A stretch of 64,000 bases of DNA from an uncultured Candidatus Saccharibacteria bacterium (lineage in GTDB: Bacteria; Patescibacteriota; Minisyncoccia; Phycocordibacterales; UBA12088). Position numbers and translations under genes: made by a program. Every line of letters starts with the position of its first letter. Within the stretch, counting starts at the first letter, position 1. Below the pieces are notes generated by a model, which saw only the letters and a list, made by a program, of their open reading frames with translations, was not told where the DNA came from and searched no databases. The DNA lies in contig CAZMLK010000002.1 of assembly GCA_964567265.1 (NCBI GenBank), forward strand, positions 66,996 to 130,995. The letters run 5' to 3'. Below, piece after piece: positions 36,540 through 46,708 of this stretch.

Positions 36540-37664
36540 TTATTCGGTGCCGCCCGATGTTACGGAAAGCGTCTGCCGCGCGGATTGCATAAAGAGCGTC
36601 TTATGGCGGACGCGGAGGTCAATGCGGGCAAGCGATTTTCCCCCATCGGCGCTACCCTTCAGCACGACGGCACTACTCGAATCTGCACCGAGCCCGGTAT
36701 TGGCAACACCGTTGACAAGCCAACTGTACTTGAGGACGTCACTTCCCTTCTGGTAACCAGAAAAATAATACGGCTCTGCGACGACGCTTTCTTCCGTGCC
36801 TGCGAGTACGGCTTCTTTCCCAAGTGCGTGGTCGTATCGGACGCCGAGGAGTGGATGGTCCTCGTAGAATATGACTTCCGGCTGCGCTACGGGAATTTTT
36901 GCTTTGCCGATGCCGACGAATGATCCATCTGGCGAGGTGACGCGGACGGTAATATCGAGTGCGCCGAGGACCTCGGTGTTCGTGATAGTCACGGTACGCT
37001 GGCCCTTGCCTGAGATTTTCGGCATCGTACGCGTTCCCTGTATCCAGGTGTACACCAATTGTCCCGGATCGAGTGTGTACCCACTCGAATCTACGAAGAC
37101 CGGAAAGGCGGTAAGGCGAATGAGCGAATTTGCTGACTGGAGCGCCTTTCCTTTGAAGAACGGCGGCGTGTATGTATTTGTCTCCCACACAAGATCCACA
37201 GTCGTGGGCCTAAGCGTGCGTTCAGCGATAAAGACTCGGCCCGTTTCATTCAGGATATAGGCTTTTACGGAAATTGAAGTGCCGGTGCCGCCCATGGTGA
37301 GCGGAATGGAGCGGATGTTCGGCCCATCTGCAACCGTCCGGCCTTCGACCACCCACGTGATATTCGCGCGGCCGAGATTGGTGGCAAATCCTTCAACGGT
37401 TGCCCGCAGCTCCTGTCCCGGCTGCGGCGCCTCCGGAAAGATCTTTATGGTAAAGCGGTCAAGGTCGGCGGGGTTCAGTCCTTTACCTGAAGATTGTGGC
37501 TGCGTAGAGCCGACGTAGTATCCGGATGCAGAATTGCTTTGATCCGAATACGAGTCAGGATTGCCAATATCAGCCGCATTCAGTATGAGCGGCGCCCCGC
37601 TTGCAAGCAGGATGATCGGAACAAGGAGGAGCGCGAGCGCAGTTCGGCTATGCATGTGAACCAT
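36540..37664 (-). CDS. hypothetical secreted protein
   Basis: 374 aa with clear N-terminal signal peptide; beta-rich; immediately downstream of VirB4 gene. Confidence 0.5.
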   Translation of the reverse strand: MVHMHSRTALALLLVPIILLASGAPLILNAADIGNPDSYSDQSNSASGYYVGSTQPQSSGKGLNPADLDRFTIKIFPEAPQPGQELRATVEGFATNLGRANITWVVEGRTVADGPNIRSIPLTMGGTGTSISVKAYILNETGRVFIAERTLRPTTVDLVWETNTYTPPFFKGKALQSANSLIRLTAFPVFVDSSGYTLDPGQLVYTWIQGTRTMPKISGKGQRTVTITNTEVLGALDITVRVTSPDGSFVGIGKAKIPVAQPEVIFYEDHPLLGVRYDHALGKEAVLAGTEESVVAEPYYFSGYQKGSDVLKYSWLVNGVANTGLGADSSSAVVLKGSADGGKSLARIDLRVRHKTLFMQSARQTLSVTSGGTE

Positions 37665-37705
37665 AATACCCTGAAAAATGCGCCCCTCGAAGCACGAACT
37701 GTGGA

Positions 37706-39988
37706 CTAGTATCGGCGAGGCGGCGCAAGAGGTGGCGGGGTCGCGACCACTGCTGCCGGAATTGGGGGTGCCGTTTTTTCCGCTTGAGGTGGCGGTTGCT
37801 GCATCCTGCCTGGCGCGAGTGGTGGCGGAGGTGTTGAAACCGGCGTTGTCGATTCCGTCGAGCTGGCAGCTGGGATCACTGCTTCGGTCTGGGCCGCTGG
37901 CAATGGCGCCCCCGTTTCAGGGACAGGTGTTTGAATTTGCTCGGGCTTTTCTTCGGCGATGACGTTCCCGACAGTCGGCATTGGCGTTTCAGCAACAATC
38001 GCGGTCTCTGGAATCGGCGATGTCTCCGCCGTTTCGACAGTAGCAGTCCCCGACCCTGCTTCAGGAACAGGGTTTTCAACTTCTTTTGGCTCCGAAGCCT
38101 CTACTGGAACGGGCTCGTCTGCGATTTCCGGGAGCGCGGCGGCGATTTCCGCGGCATCCTCCTCAGCAACCTTCCCCTTCTCAGCAGCGAGGTCATCCTT
38201 CGCCTTCTTAATGGAAAGCAGTTGGGACGGGTCCGACGTAATAATCTGGTCCTCAGTGTACGAGGCGATAATCTTCATGGCTACATGCTTCACGCCTGCG
38301 AAGAAGATTCCCTCTCCGACCGTGGATTCAAGAAGAAGGTACTTCTCTTCATCAGTGAGGTTGAAGGTCTTTTGGAGCGTATCAATAGAGGTCGGTGATT
38401 GTTTGAGAAGGAGCTGGATTGATGAGTTGGTGATCATCGGCGCGCCGTATGGCGACTTGAGGAAGTCGTCCACATCCTGGGTGATGGTCGCAAGTCCGAG
38501 ATAGTACTTGCGTCCGCGCTTGGCGATGCCGTAGAGGAAGGACGCAGTGTCCTCGCTCTTCATCATCCACCACGCCTCGTCGACGACGAGAATGCGACGC
38601 TTCAACTGCTTGCGGACGGTCGTCCAGATGAAGTTCGTGATGATGTACATGGCGACCGGCTTCAGCTCATCTTCCATGTCGCGCACGGAGAACACGACGA
38701 ATTTCTTGTTGATGTCGATGTTGGTCGGCTTGTTGATGAAGTTGGACCAGGAACCCTTGGTGAACTTCGTGAGGCGCTGCACGATGGAGTCGCTGCCTTC
38801 CATGCCGGCGAGGACGAGCTCGAAGTCGGAAAGGAGGGGTGGGGTCACGGCGGTAAAATCAGAATTCGGCGTGATGTCCTTGAGGGCATACGTTTCAGTG
38901 ATCGCGCGGTCAACGACCGCGTCTTCCTCAGGCGAAAGGCCGCCGAGCATGATGCGAAAGAGTCCGACGAGGGCAATGATGTTCGAGCGGAGGATGTTCG
39001 CAGGCGTCTCGTCTTCGCGCGCAGGGGGAAGATCGAACGGGTTGATGTGATAGCCGGAAGAGAGCGAAATATTGAAATACCGCCCACCGGTCGCTTCGGC
39101 CATGTACTCGTACTCGCGCTCCGGGTCGATGACGATCACGTCCGTATCGAACATGAGCGAACGAAGGACTTCCAGCTTCACCGCGTAGGACTTGCCGGCG
39201 CCGGACTTGGCGAAGACCACGGAATTGTAGTTTTCCATCGAGAAGCGGTCGAAAAGGACGAGTGAGGAGTTGTGCCGGTTGATGCCGTAAAGAATGCCTT
39301 TGTCTGCCGTGAGGTCAAATGAGACAAACGGGAAAAAGCTCGAAAGAGGGCCCGAATTGAGCTTCGAATGGACATTGAGTTCGTCGGTGGCGATCGGGAT
39401 CACGCTACGATACCCTTGTTCCTGCTGGAACAAAGCCGGCTTCAGGTACACGAGCTGCGCCTCAAGGAGCGACTTGATCTCGTTCTCGACACGGTCGAGC
39501 TCGTCGCGAGTGTCCGCATATATAGAGAGGTACAATCCGACATCGAAGAGGCGCTCCTGTGCCTGCTGGAGGCGGTCGCGGAGCTCTTCCAGGTTCTGGT
39601 AGGCCGTATCGAGCATCGGATCGCGGACCATACCCTTCTCCTCACGCACCTGGATCTGGCTTTCGACCTCGGCGACCTTCTTCTGGAATTTCTTCAGCAC
39701 CGATCCCGTATCGATCGGATGCACGAAGATAGAGACATCGAACACCTTGTCGAGGTTGATGATCGGGTAGAACCAGTTGTTCGAGAGGAAGCGTGGGTAG
39801 GAAATGACGAAGAACGAGCGCATGACTTTCTCGCCGAGATTGAGCTCCTTCGGAGTGATCTGGAGCGCGGACGGTGCGATGACATCCTTGAGCTCGAGGA
39901 CCCCAGTCTCGTAGATATTCTCAGGAAGCACCGGTTCAAGTGATGTCTTTGCCCCTGTTCCTTTTTTTGCGAAGTCGAAAAGCCCCAT
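37706..39988 (-). CDS. VirB4/TrbE/CagE-family conjugation-type ATPase with ~200-aa Pro/Glu/Thr-rich C-terminal tail
   Basis: Walker A FAKSGAGKSYAV, Walker B RILVVDEAWWMM, N-terminal VirB4 domain (ISYPRFL); low-complexity C-terminus. Confidence 0.85.
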   Translation of the reverse strand: MGLFDFAKKGTGAKTSLEPVLPENIYETGVLELKDVIAPSALQITPKELNLGEKVMRSFFVISYPRFLSNNWFYPIINLDKVFDVSIFVHPIDTGSVLKKFQKKVAEVESQIQVREEKGMVRDPMLDTAYQNLEELRDRLQQAQERLFDVGLYLSIYADTRDELDRVENEIKSLLEAQLVYLKPALFQQEQGYRSVIPIATDELNVHSKLNSGPLSSFFPFVSFDLTADKGILYGINRHNSSLVLFDRFSMENYNSVVFAKSGAGKSYAVKLEVLRSLMFDTDVIVIDPEREYEYMAEATGGRYFNISLSSGYHINPFDLPPAREDETPANILRSNIIALVGLFRIMLGGLSPEEDAVVDRAITETYALKDITPNSDFTAVTPPLLSDFELVLAGMEGSDSIVQRLTKFTKGSWSNFINKPTNIDINKKFVVFSVRDMEDELKPVAMYIITNFIWTTVRKQLKRRILVVDEAWWMMKSEDTASFLYGIAKRGRKYYLGLATITQDVDDFLKSPYGAPMITNSSIQLLLKQSPTSIDTLQKTFNLTDEEKYLLLESTVGEGIFFAGVKHVAMKIIASYTEDQIITSDPSQLLSIKKAKDDLAAEKGKVAEEDAAEIAAALPEIADEPVPVEASEPKEVENPVPEAGSGTATVETAETSPIPETAIVAETPMPTVGNVIAEEKPEQIQTPVPETGAPLPAAQTEAVIPAASSTESTTPVSTPPPPLAPGRMQQPPPQAEKTAPPIPAAVVATPPPLAPPRRY

Positions 39989-39996
39989 GATGAAAA

Positions 39997-40665
39997 TTAG
40001 CGGTTCGTCTGAAGCGGGATCGGCCGCTCGAGTTCGCCGATATTGAAGATCTTGTAGAAGAGTTCGATGACTTCCTCTGTCGAAAGTTGTGCCACGCGGA
40101 CGCCAGTGCGGGAAAGCCCGCCCTCCACGATGGACATGCGTTGCTCGAGCTGCGAGCGGTTTTCCTCGAACGAGACGTTCTTCTGCTCCGTTGATTGCTT
40201 TGCTTTCGCCCCGAACATGCTTGAAATGCCGGAAAGCGCACCCCCACCCTTCGCCTCGAGGAACGGTGGCGCGTACGGGACGATGATGAAGAAGCTTTTC
40301 GTCATGATGTTGGTGCCCTCCGTGAGGCTTTTGACGAATTCTATATATTCGCGCACCTGGATCTTCATCAGATCATTTGTCTGCTCCGCAAGGCGCCCTT
40401 CAAGCAAGGTCACGTATGGCCTGATATCGAGTTCACGCGACTGGACGAAGATCTGGACCGTGAAATCAAGCGAATTCAGGAAATTTTGGAATTGATAGAG
40501 GATCGCTTCCTGCTCAGGTTCGGATTTGAGCGCGATGTTGAGGGATGAAGCCATGAAAATGCCGCGCATGGAGCCGTCTTTGAGGACGACAATGCCGTCC
40601 CGCACCTCCTCGATCGGGACGAATTCCTGCGTTGCGCTTGCTTTTGTTCCGGTATTTGCTGCCAT
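39997..40665 (-). CDS. hypothetical cytoplasmic protein of the T4SS-like operon
   Basis: 222 aa; segment DGIVVLKDGSMRGIF...LNIALKSEPEQEAILYQFQNFLNSL resembles the N-terminal region of VirB4/CagE proteins, no ATPase motifs. Confidence 0.5.
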   Translation of the reverse strand: MAANTGTKASATQEFVPIEEVRDGIVVLKDGSMRGIFMASSLNIALKSEPEQEAILYQFQNFLNSLDFTVQIFVQSRELDIRPYVTLLEGRLAEQTNDLMKIQVREYIEFVKSLTEGTNIMTKSFFIIVPYAPPFLEAKGGGALSGISSMFGAKAKQSTEQKNVSFEENRSQLEQRMSIVEGGLSRTGVRVAQLSTEEVIELFYKIFNIGELERPIPLQTNR

Positions 40666-40671
40666 TTCTCG

Positions 40672-41097
40672 TTATTGTGAGTCCCCTGCTCCCTCGGCGA
40701 CCTTTTCCTTGATGTCGAGGCTCCAGGCCAGGTCTTTGAGCTTATTTTCGGCGATCTTTGGGACCGTCAGGAGATTTTCATCCTGGCGTGTATTCATCAC
40801 CTGTTCAGCCGCCTTCGGCTCTTTTTTCCAAAGATAGAGCCGGTTCTTGATGACGTAAAAGTAGAATGCTGCTTCGAGAATCCTGATGAACGGCTGATCG
40901 TTGAGCCGGTAGAACGCGAGCATGAGCCCGAGGATGATGAATGGCACGCCGAGGAGGATCGCAAAGACGAGCGGGAAGAATGCACGGAAGAAGAGAATGG
41001 ATGCAACACCGCCCGCCACATAGACGAACTGCTTGATCGTGAGAGGCCCGAGTATCTTATCCTCGACCTCGATGAATTGAGGAACTTTGAACGTCAT
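40672..41097 (-). CDS. VirB3/PrgI-like small membrane protein
   Basis: 141 aa; N-terminal VPQFIEVEDKILGPLTIKQFVYVAGG followed by two TM helices, the pattern of Gram-positive-type PrgI/VirB3-like proteins. Confidence 0.55.
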   Translation of the reverse strand: MTFKVPQFIEVEDKILGPLTIKQFVYVAGGVASILFFRAFFPLVFAILLGVPFIILGLMLAFYRLNDQPFIRILEAAFYFYVIKNRLYLWKKEPKAAEQVMNTRQDENLLTVPKIAENKLKDLAWSLDIKEKVAEGAGDSQ

Positions 41098-41217
41098 GCT
41101 CCGCTCTAGTATACCCCGTTAGAAATTGCGGCGCATCAAGTACAGCTACGAATAGACGCATTACGCTGCTCGAAAATCACTGCCGTCGACATTCCACCGT
41201 GTCCGAATACGGTTCCC

Positions 41218-42054
41218 TTAGGAAAATGATTCTCGATATGGATCGAGTGCCGCGTTTTTTGCCGCATCCGACAATTCGCTCGGCGATTTCGCCTCAGGTA
41301 CACCGGGTTTTGCGGGCGACACCCCATCCATCGTTGCGGATTCATGCTTTGGTTGAGGAGCGGGAGTGGACACGGGTGCCGCAGGAGACACGTTCGCTGC
41401 ATTCCCTGTCCCGAGAATGCTCCGAAGCGAAAGCGAGGCGCCGAGCTTGTCGCCGACGATATTCTTCGGCAGCTCCACAGCAGGCTCTATTTTTTTCGGA
41501 GGAATGCCCGCCAGTGATGATTCTGCAAGTACGGGCGCCGCGCTCGGGGTGCTTGCACGCACTCCGCTCGGCATAGTGACGCTCTTTGCGAAACTCGCGT
41601 CAGCTGGCTTTCGGAGCGCAGTGGTTCCGTCCGTCGCCTCACGATAGGGGTCCACATGATCGTCAGGACGAAGGTTTTCTTGAATGGTTACTGCCAGCTT
41701 CGCTGCCGACTCCTTTTCCAAATCAGCCTCCTGTTTCGAAAGGAAATTGATCAATTGCTCGTGGATTGGATGGAAGATCTGCTCGTTGACGTCCTTCGCG
41801 AGCGCATTTGCATTCTCAGGCGAGAGCTCGAGTTCCCGCTGGATATTTCCGACGAAGAGCGATGGGAGTTCCATTCCCATGAGGACGAGCACCACTTCGT
41901 TTTCAAGCGTGCCCGCTTTGTCTATATGGAGATGGTACTTCTGCGTGAGCGTAAAGAGTTTCGCGCGAAGGTCGGTTGCGGTCACGGCATCACGAAGTTC
42001 CTTCGGGAGCCGCTCGAACTGTGACTTGAATGTGTTTTTTACGTTTACGTCCAT
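41218..42054 (-). CDS. hypothetical protein (structured N-terminus, disordered Ala/Pro/Ser-rich C-terminus)
   Basis: 278-aa ORF in operon. Confidence 0.45.
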   Translation of the reverse strand: MDVNVKNTFKSQFERLPKELRDAVTATDLRAKLFTLTQKYHLHIDKAGTLENEVVLVLMGMELPSLFVGNIQRELELSPENANALAKDVNEQIFHPIHEQLINFLSKQEADLEKESAAKLAVTIQENLRPDDHVDPYREATDGTTALRKPADASFAKSVTMPSGVRASTPSAAPVLAESSLAGIPPKKIEPAVELPKNIVGDKLGASLSLRSILGTGNAANVSPAAPVSTPAPQPKHESATMDGVSPAKPGVPEAKSPSELSDAAKNAALDPYRESFS

Positions 42055-42079
42055 ACCAGTATTCGATTACTGCAAATCC

Positions 42080-44428
42080 CTAGTCGTCCTTGAGTTCACC
42101 CTTCAACTCATCCAGGATGCGGGTACGCTTGTCCTTGCCCTGTGTGCGGATGTAGTCATTAGCGACATCGTAGCTCGGAGGTGCCCACCCAAGCACGTGC
42201 TGGACATCGCGGCCGCCGCCTGCGACCTTCATAAGATCCTGATTATTCATGCGCTCATACGAAGTGTGCATTCGCTTTGCCGCATCCACCCTCCGCTGCG
42301 CATCGAGGACATTGATCGAGTCCGGGGCGAATGTCCTCTTGTTTTGTTCAAGAATGGCCTCAGCTGACCCGATTTTCGCCCTCGATTGGTCAAGGAATGC
42401 TTTCCGTTCTGTATCCGAAAGAAGGGTGCCACCTGGGGCATTCTGACGGAGCATGGCCTGCGCAAAATCATTGCCGCGCTGCTTCCCTCTCTGGAGGGCC
42501 ATGTCCTGTGCAAGCTTGTGCGCATCCATCTCGTTCACTGTCTTCACACGCTCACGCTGTTGCTTCAGTGCTGTATAAACATTCTTCGCTTCCGCGCTCT
42601 TGGGTGCAGCCTCAAGTTGGGTATCGTAATGTGCTTCCGCTGCCACTTTCTCTGTCTTTACCCTCGAGATTTCATTGGTAAGTCGCGTAGCTTCAGCACT
42701 ACCTGTTGGAGCCGCTGCGTATTGTGTTTCAAGGTCGCGGAGCTCATTCGAACGTGCAGTGACGACACTCTTCGCTGTTCGAACACCTGCGTTGTCGCGC
42801 TCCATGAGGTCCTTGTATCGCGTATCAAGGGTGTGTTCCTTGTTCTGCTCCTCAGCTACATGCCGATCCTGATTCATTGTGTCATGGTCGCTGGCCTGCA
42901 CGCGAGATTTCGAAACATGGTCAAGATTCTCCTTGTAGTACTTGGCATTGTCCTTACGGGTCTGGTTGTAGCCACCCTTCTGCTTGTTGATGTCACCGAG
43001 CCCAAGTTTCTTCGCGCCCGGCGCATCACGGAAGTCCATGCTCGATTTTGCCGTCCTCTCAGATCCGCGCCAGACCTTTGTTGCAACCCAGCCGCGTGCA
43101 CCGCCCTTCGACATCGCATCCTTAACACTGTCGGAGTTCGAGACAGCGAGCGCGGCGCGTCCAATTGATTGTCGTGCGGCAAATCCGATACCGCCCGCGA
43201 CGGCGAGCCCAGCGACCGTATTCCCTATGGTAAGCGCGGACTTCCCGACATCGCCGGAAAGCTTTTTTGTGATGCGAAGTGCGAAGATGAACATCAGTCC
43301 GGAGAGGACGTAAATGAAAATCACCGGTGAAGCAAGATCCACCACTGCTTTGTTCGCGAAATTGGCAGACGCGTCTGTGTTGAAATTCGTCTTTAAGACA
43401 GTCGTGATTATTAGAACCAAAAAGAGGAACACTGGTGCCACTAATGCCTGGTCGACGAGGTGCTGCTTCCACTGCGAGTAATACTTTGAGGTGCCTGGAA
43501 GGATGGAGCAGAGAAATGCCGCCGGGGAGAATACGATGAGGAAAACAAACACCACTAGGCGGACGGCGATAAGTATGAGTGCTTGGAAGAATACCCAGAA
43601 TGCAATCATGTTGACAGCAAAACGCGCCAGATACACAAGCGCCCCCTTCCACGGGGTAAGGTTCTCGGCAGGGTCAATTCCTTGGTAATTGTATTCGACG
43701 CGCATGGCCCCGGTCATGGACATTGAGATGTATTGGTCCGGAGGAGCAATCGTGCTCCGTATCTGGAACGCGACCACGTTCGAGAGATCGATGATGAAGC
43801 TGGTTATGAAGAAGCTGAAGTTGATGAGGAGCGCGACCACGATGACTTTCGCAAGCAGCGACCGCGTGTTGAACCCCGCCTGCCCGACCATGGTCATGAT
43901 GCCGATATAGACCATGATGAATATGAAGAAGAGGTTTGAGAAGTCGCGGACGATGGTCCAAGAGACCACAACACCCGCGTACATCTGCGATATCGGGTTT
44001 TGGAACACGGTGTACCTGAGGGCAAAGTCCATCGCCATTCCCATCCATCCGACAAGCACGGCGGAGAGCCAGGCCAGTAACCAGGCGAGTGACTTGAACA
44101 TGCAAGGAACCTGGAGGGCGTTAAAAGGTTCCAGAAGCGTGCTGGTACAGTTAATGGCGACCTGCGTGGGTTCCTGAATGCCATTAATGGCTCCCGAGAT
44201 GTCGTTACCCGGCTCTCCGATTCGAGGGAATACGTTCTGTGCGTGTGCAGGAAATACCGGCGCAACAAGGAGGAATCCAGCGAAAAGGATGATGATCGCT
44301 GAAGAGGCGAATCGGAGCCTGCTTCCCCGTATACGATCCCTAGATTCCTGCCCCTCTGCAGCACTTCCGAAGCCGCCCGTGGAAAGGCGGCTTCGGATCA
44401 CGGAAAATAGTTGTTTCAGAAACTCCAT
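42080..44428 (-). CDS. VirB6/TrbL-like polytopic membrane protein with long coiled-coil C-terminal domain
   Basis: 782 aa; >=7 hydrophobic helices in first 430 aa, then hydrophilic K/E/Q/R-rich region. Confidence 0.55.
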   Translation of the reverse strand: MEFLKQLFSVIRSRLSTGGFGSAAEGQESRDRIRGSRLRFASSAIIILFAGFLLVAPVFPAHAQNVFPRIGEPGNDISGAINGIQEPTQVAINCTSTLLEPFNALQVPCMFKSLAWLLAWLSAVLVGWMGMAMDFALRYTVFQNPISQMYAGVVVSWTIVRDFSNLFFIFIMVYIGIMTMVGQAGFNTRSLLAKVIVVALLINFSFFITSFIIDLSNVVAFQIRSTIAPPDQYISMSMTGAMRVEYNYQGIDPAENLTPWKGALVYLARFAVNMIAFWVFFQALILIAVRLVVFVFLIVFSPAAFLCSILPGTSKYYSQWKQHLVDQALVAPVFLFLVLIITTVLKTNFNTDASANFANKAVVDLASPVIFIYVLSGLMFIFALRITKKLSGDVGKSALTIGNTVAGLAVAGGIGFAARQSIGRAALAVSNSDSVKDAMSKGGARGWVATKVWRGSERTAKSSMDFRDAPGAKKLGLGDINKQKGGYNQTRKDNAKYYKENLDHVSKSRVQASDHDTMNQDRHVAEEQNKEHTLDTRYKDLMERDNAGVRTAKSVVTARSNELRDLETQYAAAPTGSAEATRLTNEISRVKTEKVAAEAHYDTQLEAAPKSAEAKNVYTALKQQRERVKTVNEMDAHKLAQDMALQRGKQRGNDFAQAMLRQNAPGGTLLSDTERKAFLDQSRAKIGSAEAILEQNKRTFAPDSINVLDAQRRVDAAKRMHTSYERMNNQDLMKVAGGGRDVQHVLGWAPPSYDVANDYIRTQGKDKRTRILDELKGELKDD

Positions 44429-44442
44429 GGTGTGCGGAATCG

Positions 44443-45774
44443 TTATGGTCCTGCGGGTGGTCCATCATCAGGTGGCGGCGGTACGTCAGTTGGGGATCCA
44501 GTCGGACACACATAGGTGATCGGTGCGGGTGGGTTGTAGAACTCGTCTTGGAGCGTGCGGATCTCAGCGACGGTCGTCGCAGCCTGGACACGAGTAAGGA
44601 GGTCTCGAAGGTATGCGATCGCAGCACGAAGCTGGGCGATGATGGTCGGGTCCGTCTGGGTGTCAAGGCAGGCTGCGAGCGTATTGATCATGTTCGCGAT
44701 GACCGTGATGAGTTGCTGCTTGAGAGCGGTCAGGTTCTTACCCTGGTCATCATGGATGAGATCGAAGTATGACTTGCCGCCATTCCGGTCGCTCGGATCG
44801 CTGAGGCCGAGGAGGCCGTTGTCGCCGTAGAGGATCTCATTCGCGAGATATGCGAGAAGCGCGCTGATGATCTCATCGATTTCGTCGGCGATTTCAAGCT
44901 GTGCGAGACCGGTTCCCGTCACTTTGTCGAGCGTGTCCTGGACGAGATGCCCTGGCGTCTTCGTCTCATACTTGAGACAGATGGTCTCAGCCGGGTTGGC
45001 CGGGTTCGGCACTTCCTGGACGCAGACCGTAAGTCCGATTTGTCCAGAACCAAAATTCAATTGCTGTTGCCAGCTACCACTCGCTCCCGAGATGCGGATT
45101 CCCATGAAGCCGGTACCGATGTCGAATGCGCCCATCGGATCGTTCATCGGATTTGTCGTAACCGAGAACCACTGGTCCCAATTCTGCATGCCGGCGAGGC
45201 CGTCCTGGAAATCCTGGATATTCGCCATGACGTCGGTGAGCGTACATTCGAATTCCTGACGCCTATTTTGGAAATACTTAAGCGTGAGTGCTATCTGGAT
45301 ATCGATACGGAACGGCTCGCAAAGGAGACCGAGCCCGAGCTCTTGAATGAACGCGCCCGCTGATTTGTCTGCCACGTCAGTAAAGAAGTCCTCGGGGTTC
45401 GTGATGAAGGAGGGTCCGCCCTCGAAGCCAGAGTTGATCCAGTTGATGATGCTCTCCGTAAGCTCAGCGATCAATGCTTCCTTGATGATGATGACGAGCG
45501 CGTCGAGAACGCATTCCTTGATGGTCGTTCCTGAGGTTGCGGTACTCGTGACAGCTGTGTTTCCTTGGATCGGAAGGTTGGCAATCGGAACTGAGAGCAC
45601 GCTAACGGCTGTACCAATGAGGTTGCCGATCCCGATGAACGACGCGATGGCGCCGATGCACTGCAAGATGCCTGCAGCAGCTTCCGTCTTTTGCGGTACG
45701 AGGAATAGCGGCGCAGCAACAAACTGGAAAACCAGTATCGAGGTAATGAGGAATTTTGAAAGGAGACCGAACAT
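44443..45774 (-). CDS. hypothetical secreted protein
   Basis: start set at MFGLLSKFLITSILVFQFVAAPLFLV (signal peptide); Pro-rich C-terminus. Confidence 0.45.
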   Translation of the reverse strand: MFGLLSKFLITSILVFQFVAAPLFLVPQKTEAAAGILQCIGAIASFIGIGNLIGTAVSVLSVPIANLPIQGNTAVTSTATSGTTIKECVLDALVIIIKEALIAELTESIINWINSGFEGGPSFITNPEDFFTDVADKSAGAFIQELGLGLLCEPFRIDIQIALTLKYFQNRRQEFECTLTDVMANIQDFQDGLAGMQNWDQWFSVTTNPMNDPMGAFDIGTGFMGIRISGASGSWQQQLNFGSGQIGLTVCVQEVPNPANPAETICLKYETKTPGHLVQDTLDKVTGTGLAQLEIADEIDEIISALLAYLANEILYGDNGLLGLSDPSDRNGGKSYFDLIHDDQGKNLTALKQQLITVIANMINTLAACLDTQTDPTIIAQLRAAIAYLRDLLTRVQAATTVAEIRTLQDEFYNPPAPITYVCPTGSPTDVPPPPDDGPPAGP

Positions 45775-45775
45775 A

Positions 45776-46708
45776 CTATATAAGCCTGTTTGTCTTGAAA
45801 TATGCGCCAAAGTCGTTCGTTGCCGCGATGAATTGCTTTTCAACTACTTTGTAGTTCGCAACGACGACCGTCGCAAGGAGCGGATCTGCACGGAGAGTGC
45901 GGAGGCCATCGAGGGTGGTCGCGAATGAATAGCTGACATTGAGGAAGTTGAGATGGACCTGGACAGCGCTCGCGGGGACTTTTACGGCGGCGAGATCGGT
46001 GCTCAGTTTCTTGTACATCGTGACCATGCGTTCTACCTTCCGCATGTCCTCCGGCTTTCCGCTATCGATCGCGCGTCCGATGGTGACGAGCTCAGGTTCC
46101 GAATTATCATTCGATTCATACGCATCTTTGAGTATGTTTTGAATCTTGCCATAGTACGTTCGCCGATCTGCGTCGGTATCATCTTTTACGATCGAGAGAT
46201 CGGTCGGTCCGTACTTCACGGTGAACACCTCTTTCTTGGCACTATCAACCAACGTTGCCACCAATTGTGCCTGGTGCTCCTTGTCCATAGTTCCCGACTG
46301 CTTGTACGCCATATAGGTGCCGAAAAGATCCTTCGCGGCCTGGTCGGTCAAGGTCCCTTTCGTTTCAGATTGGACCCCGGCATTTTTTGCGAACGCCTCG
46401 ACGCTCGCATCCGAGACCTGGTCCGATGGACCGGGGATGAGCGGATTCCGCTTCGCAGCCACTTCGTCACCGTCTGAGGTGCCATCAGTGTCCGTGTCTG
46501 CCTTCTTCGGGTCGGTACCGATGAGCGTCTCTTCCCAATCGAGGAGGCCGTCATGATCGGTGTCCACACGCGCAACTTCCCGTGCATCTGCAAGTGATGG
46601 ATCAGGGGCATCAACAGGAACTTCTTTTTTTGATGACAGCACCAAGTACGCTGCAATGCCAAGAATGGCGACGGCGAGACAGATTGCGCCAATCAATTTC
46701 ATTGGCAT
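45776..46708 (-). CDS. hypothetical secreted protein with Asp-rich calcium-binding-like repeats
   Basis: signal anchor MPMKLIGAICLAVAILGIAAYLVL; DTDHDGLLDWEETLIGTDPKKADTDTDGTSDGDE resembles thrombospondin-type-3 / EF-hand-like Ca-binding loops. Confidence 0.45.
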   Translation of the reverse strand: MPMKLIGAICLAVAILGIAAYLVLSSKKEVPVDAPDPSLADAREVARVDTDHDGLLDWEETLIGTDPKKADTDTDGTSDGDEVAAKRNPLIPGPSDQVSDASVEAFAKNAGVQSETKGTLTDQAAKDLFGTYMAYKQSGTMDKEHQAQLVATLVDSAKKEVFTVKYGPTDLSIVKDDTDADRRTYYGKIQNILKDAYESNDNSEPELVTIGRAIDSGKPEDMRKVERMVTMYKKLSTDLAAVKVPASAVQVHLNFLNVSYSFATTLDGLRTLRADPLLATVVVANYKVVEKQFIAATNDFGAYFKTNRLI

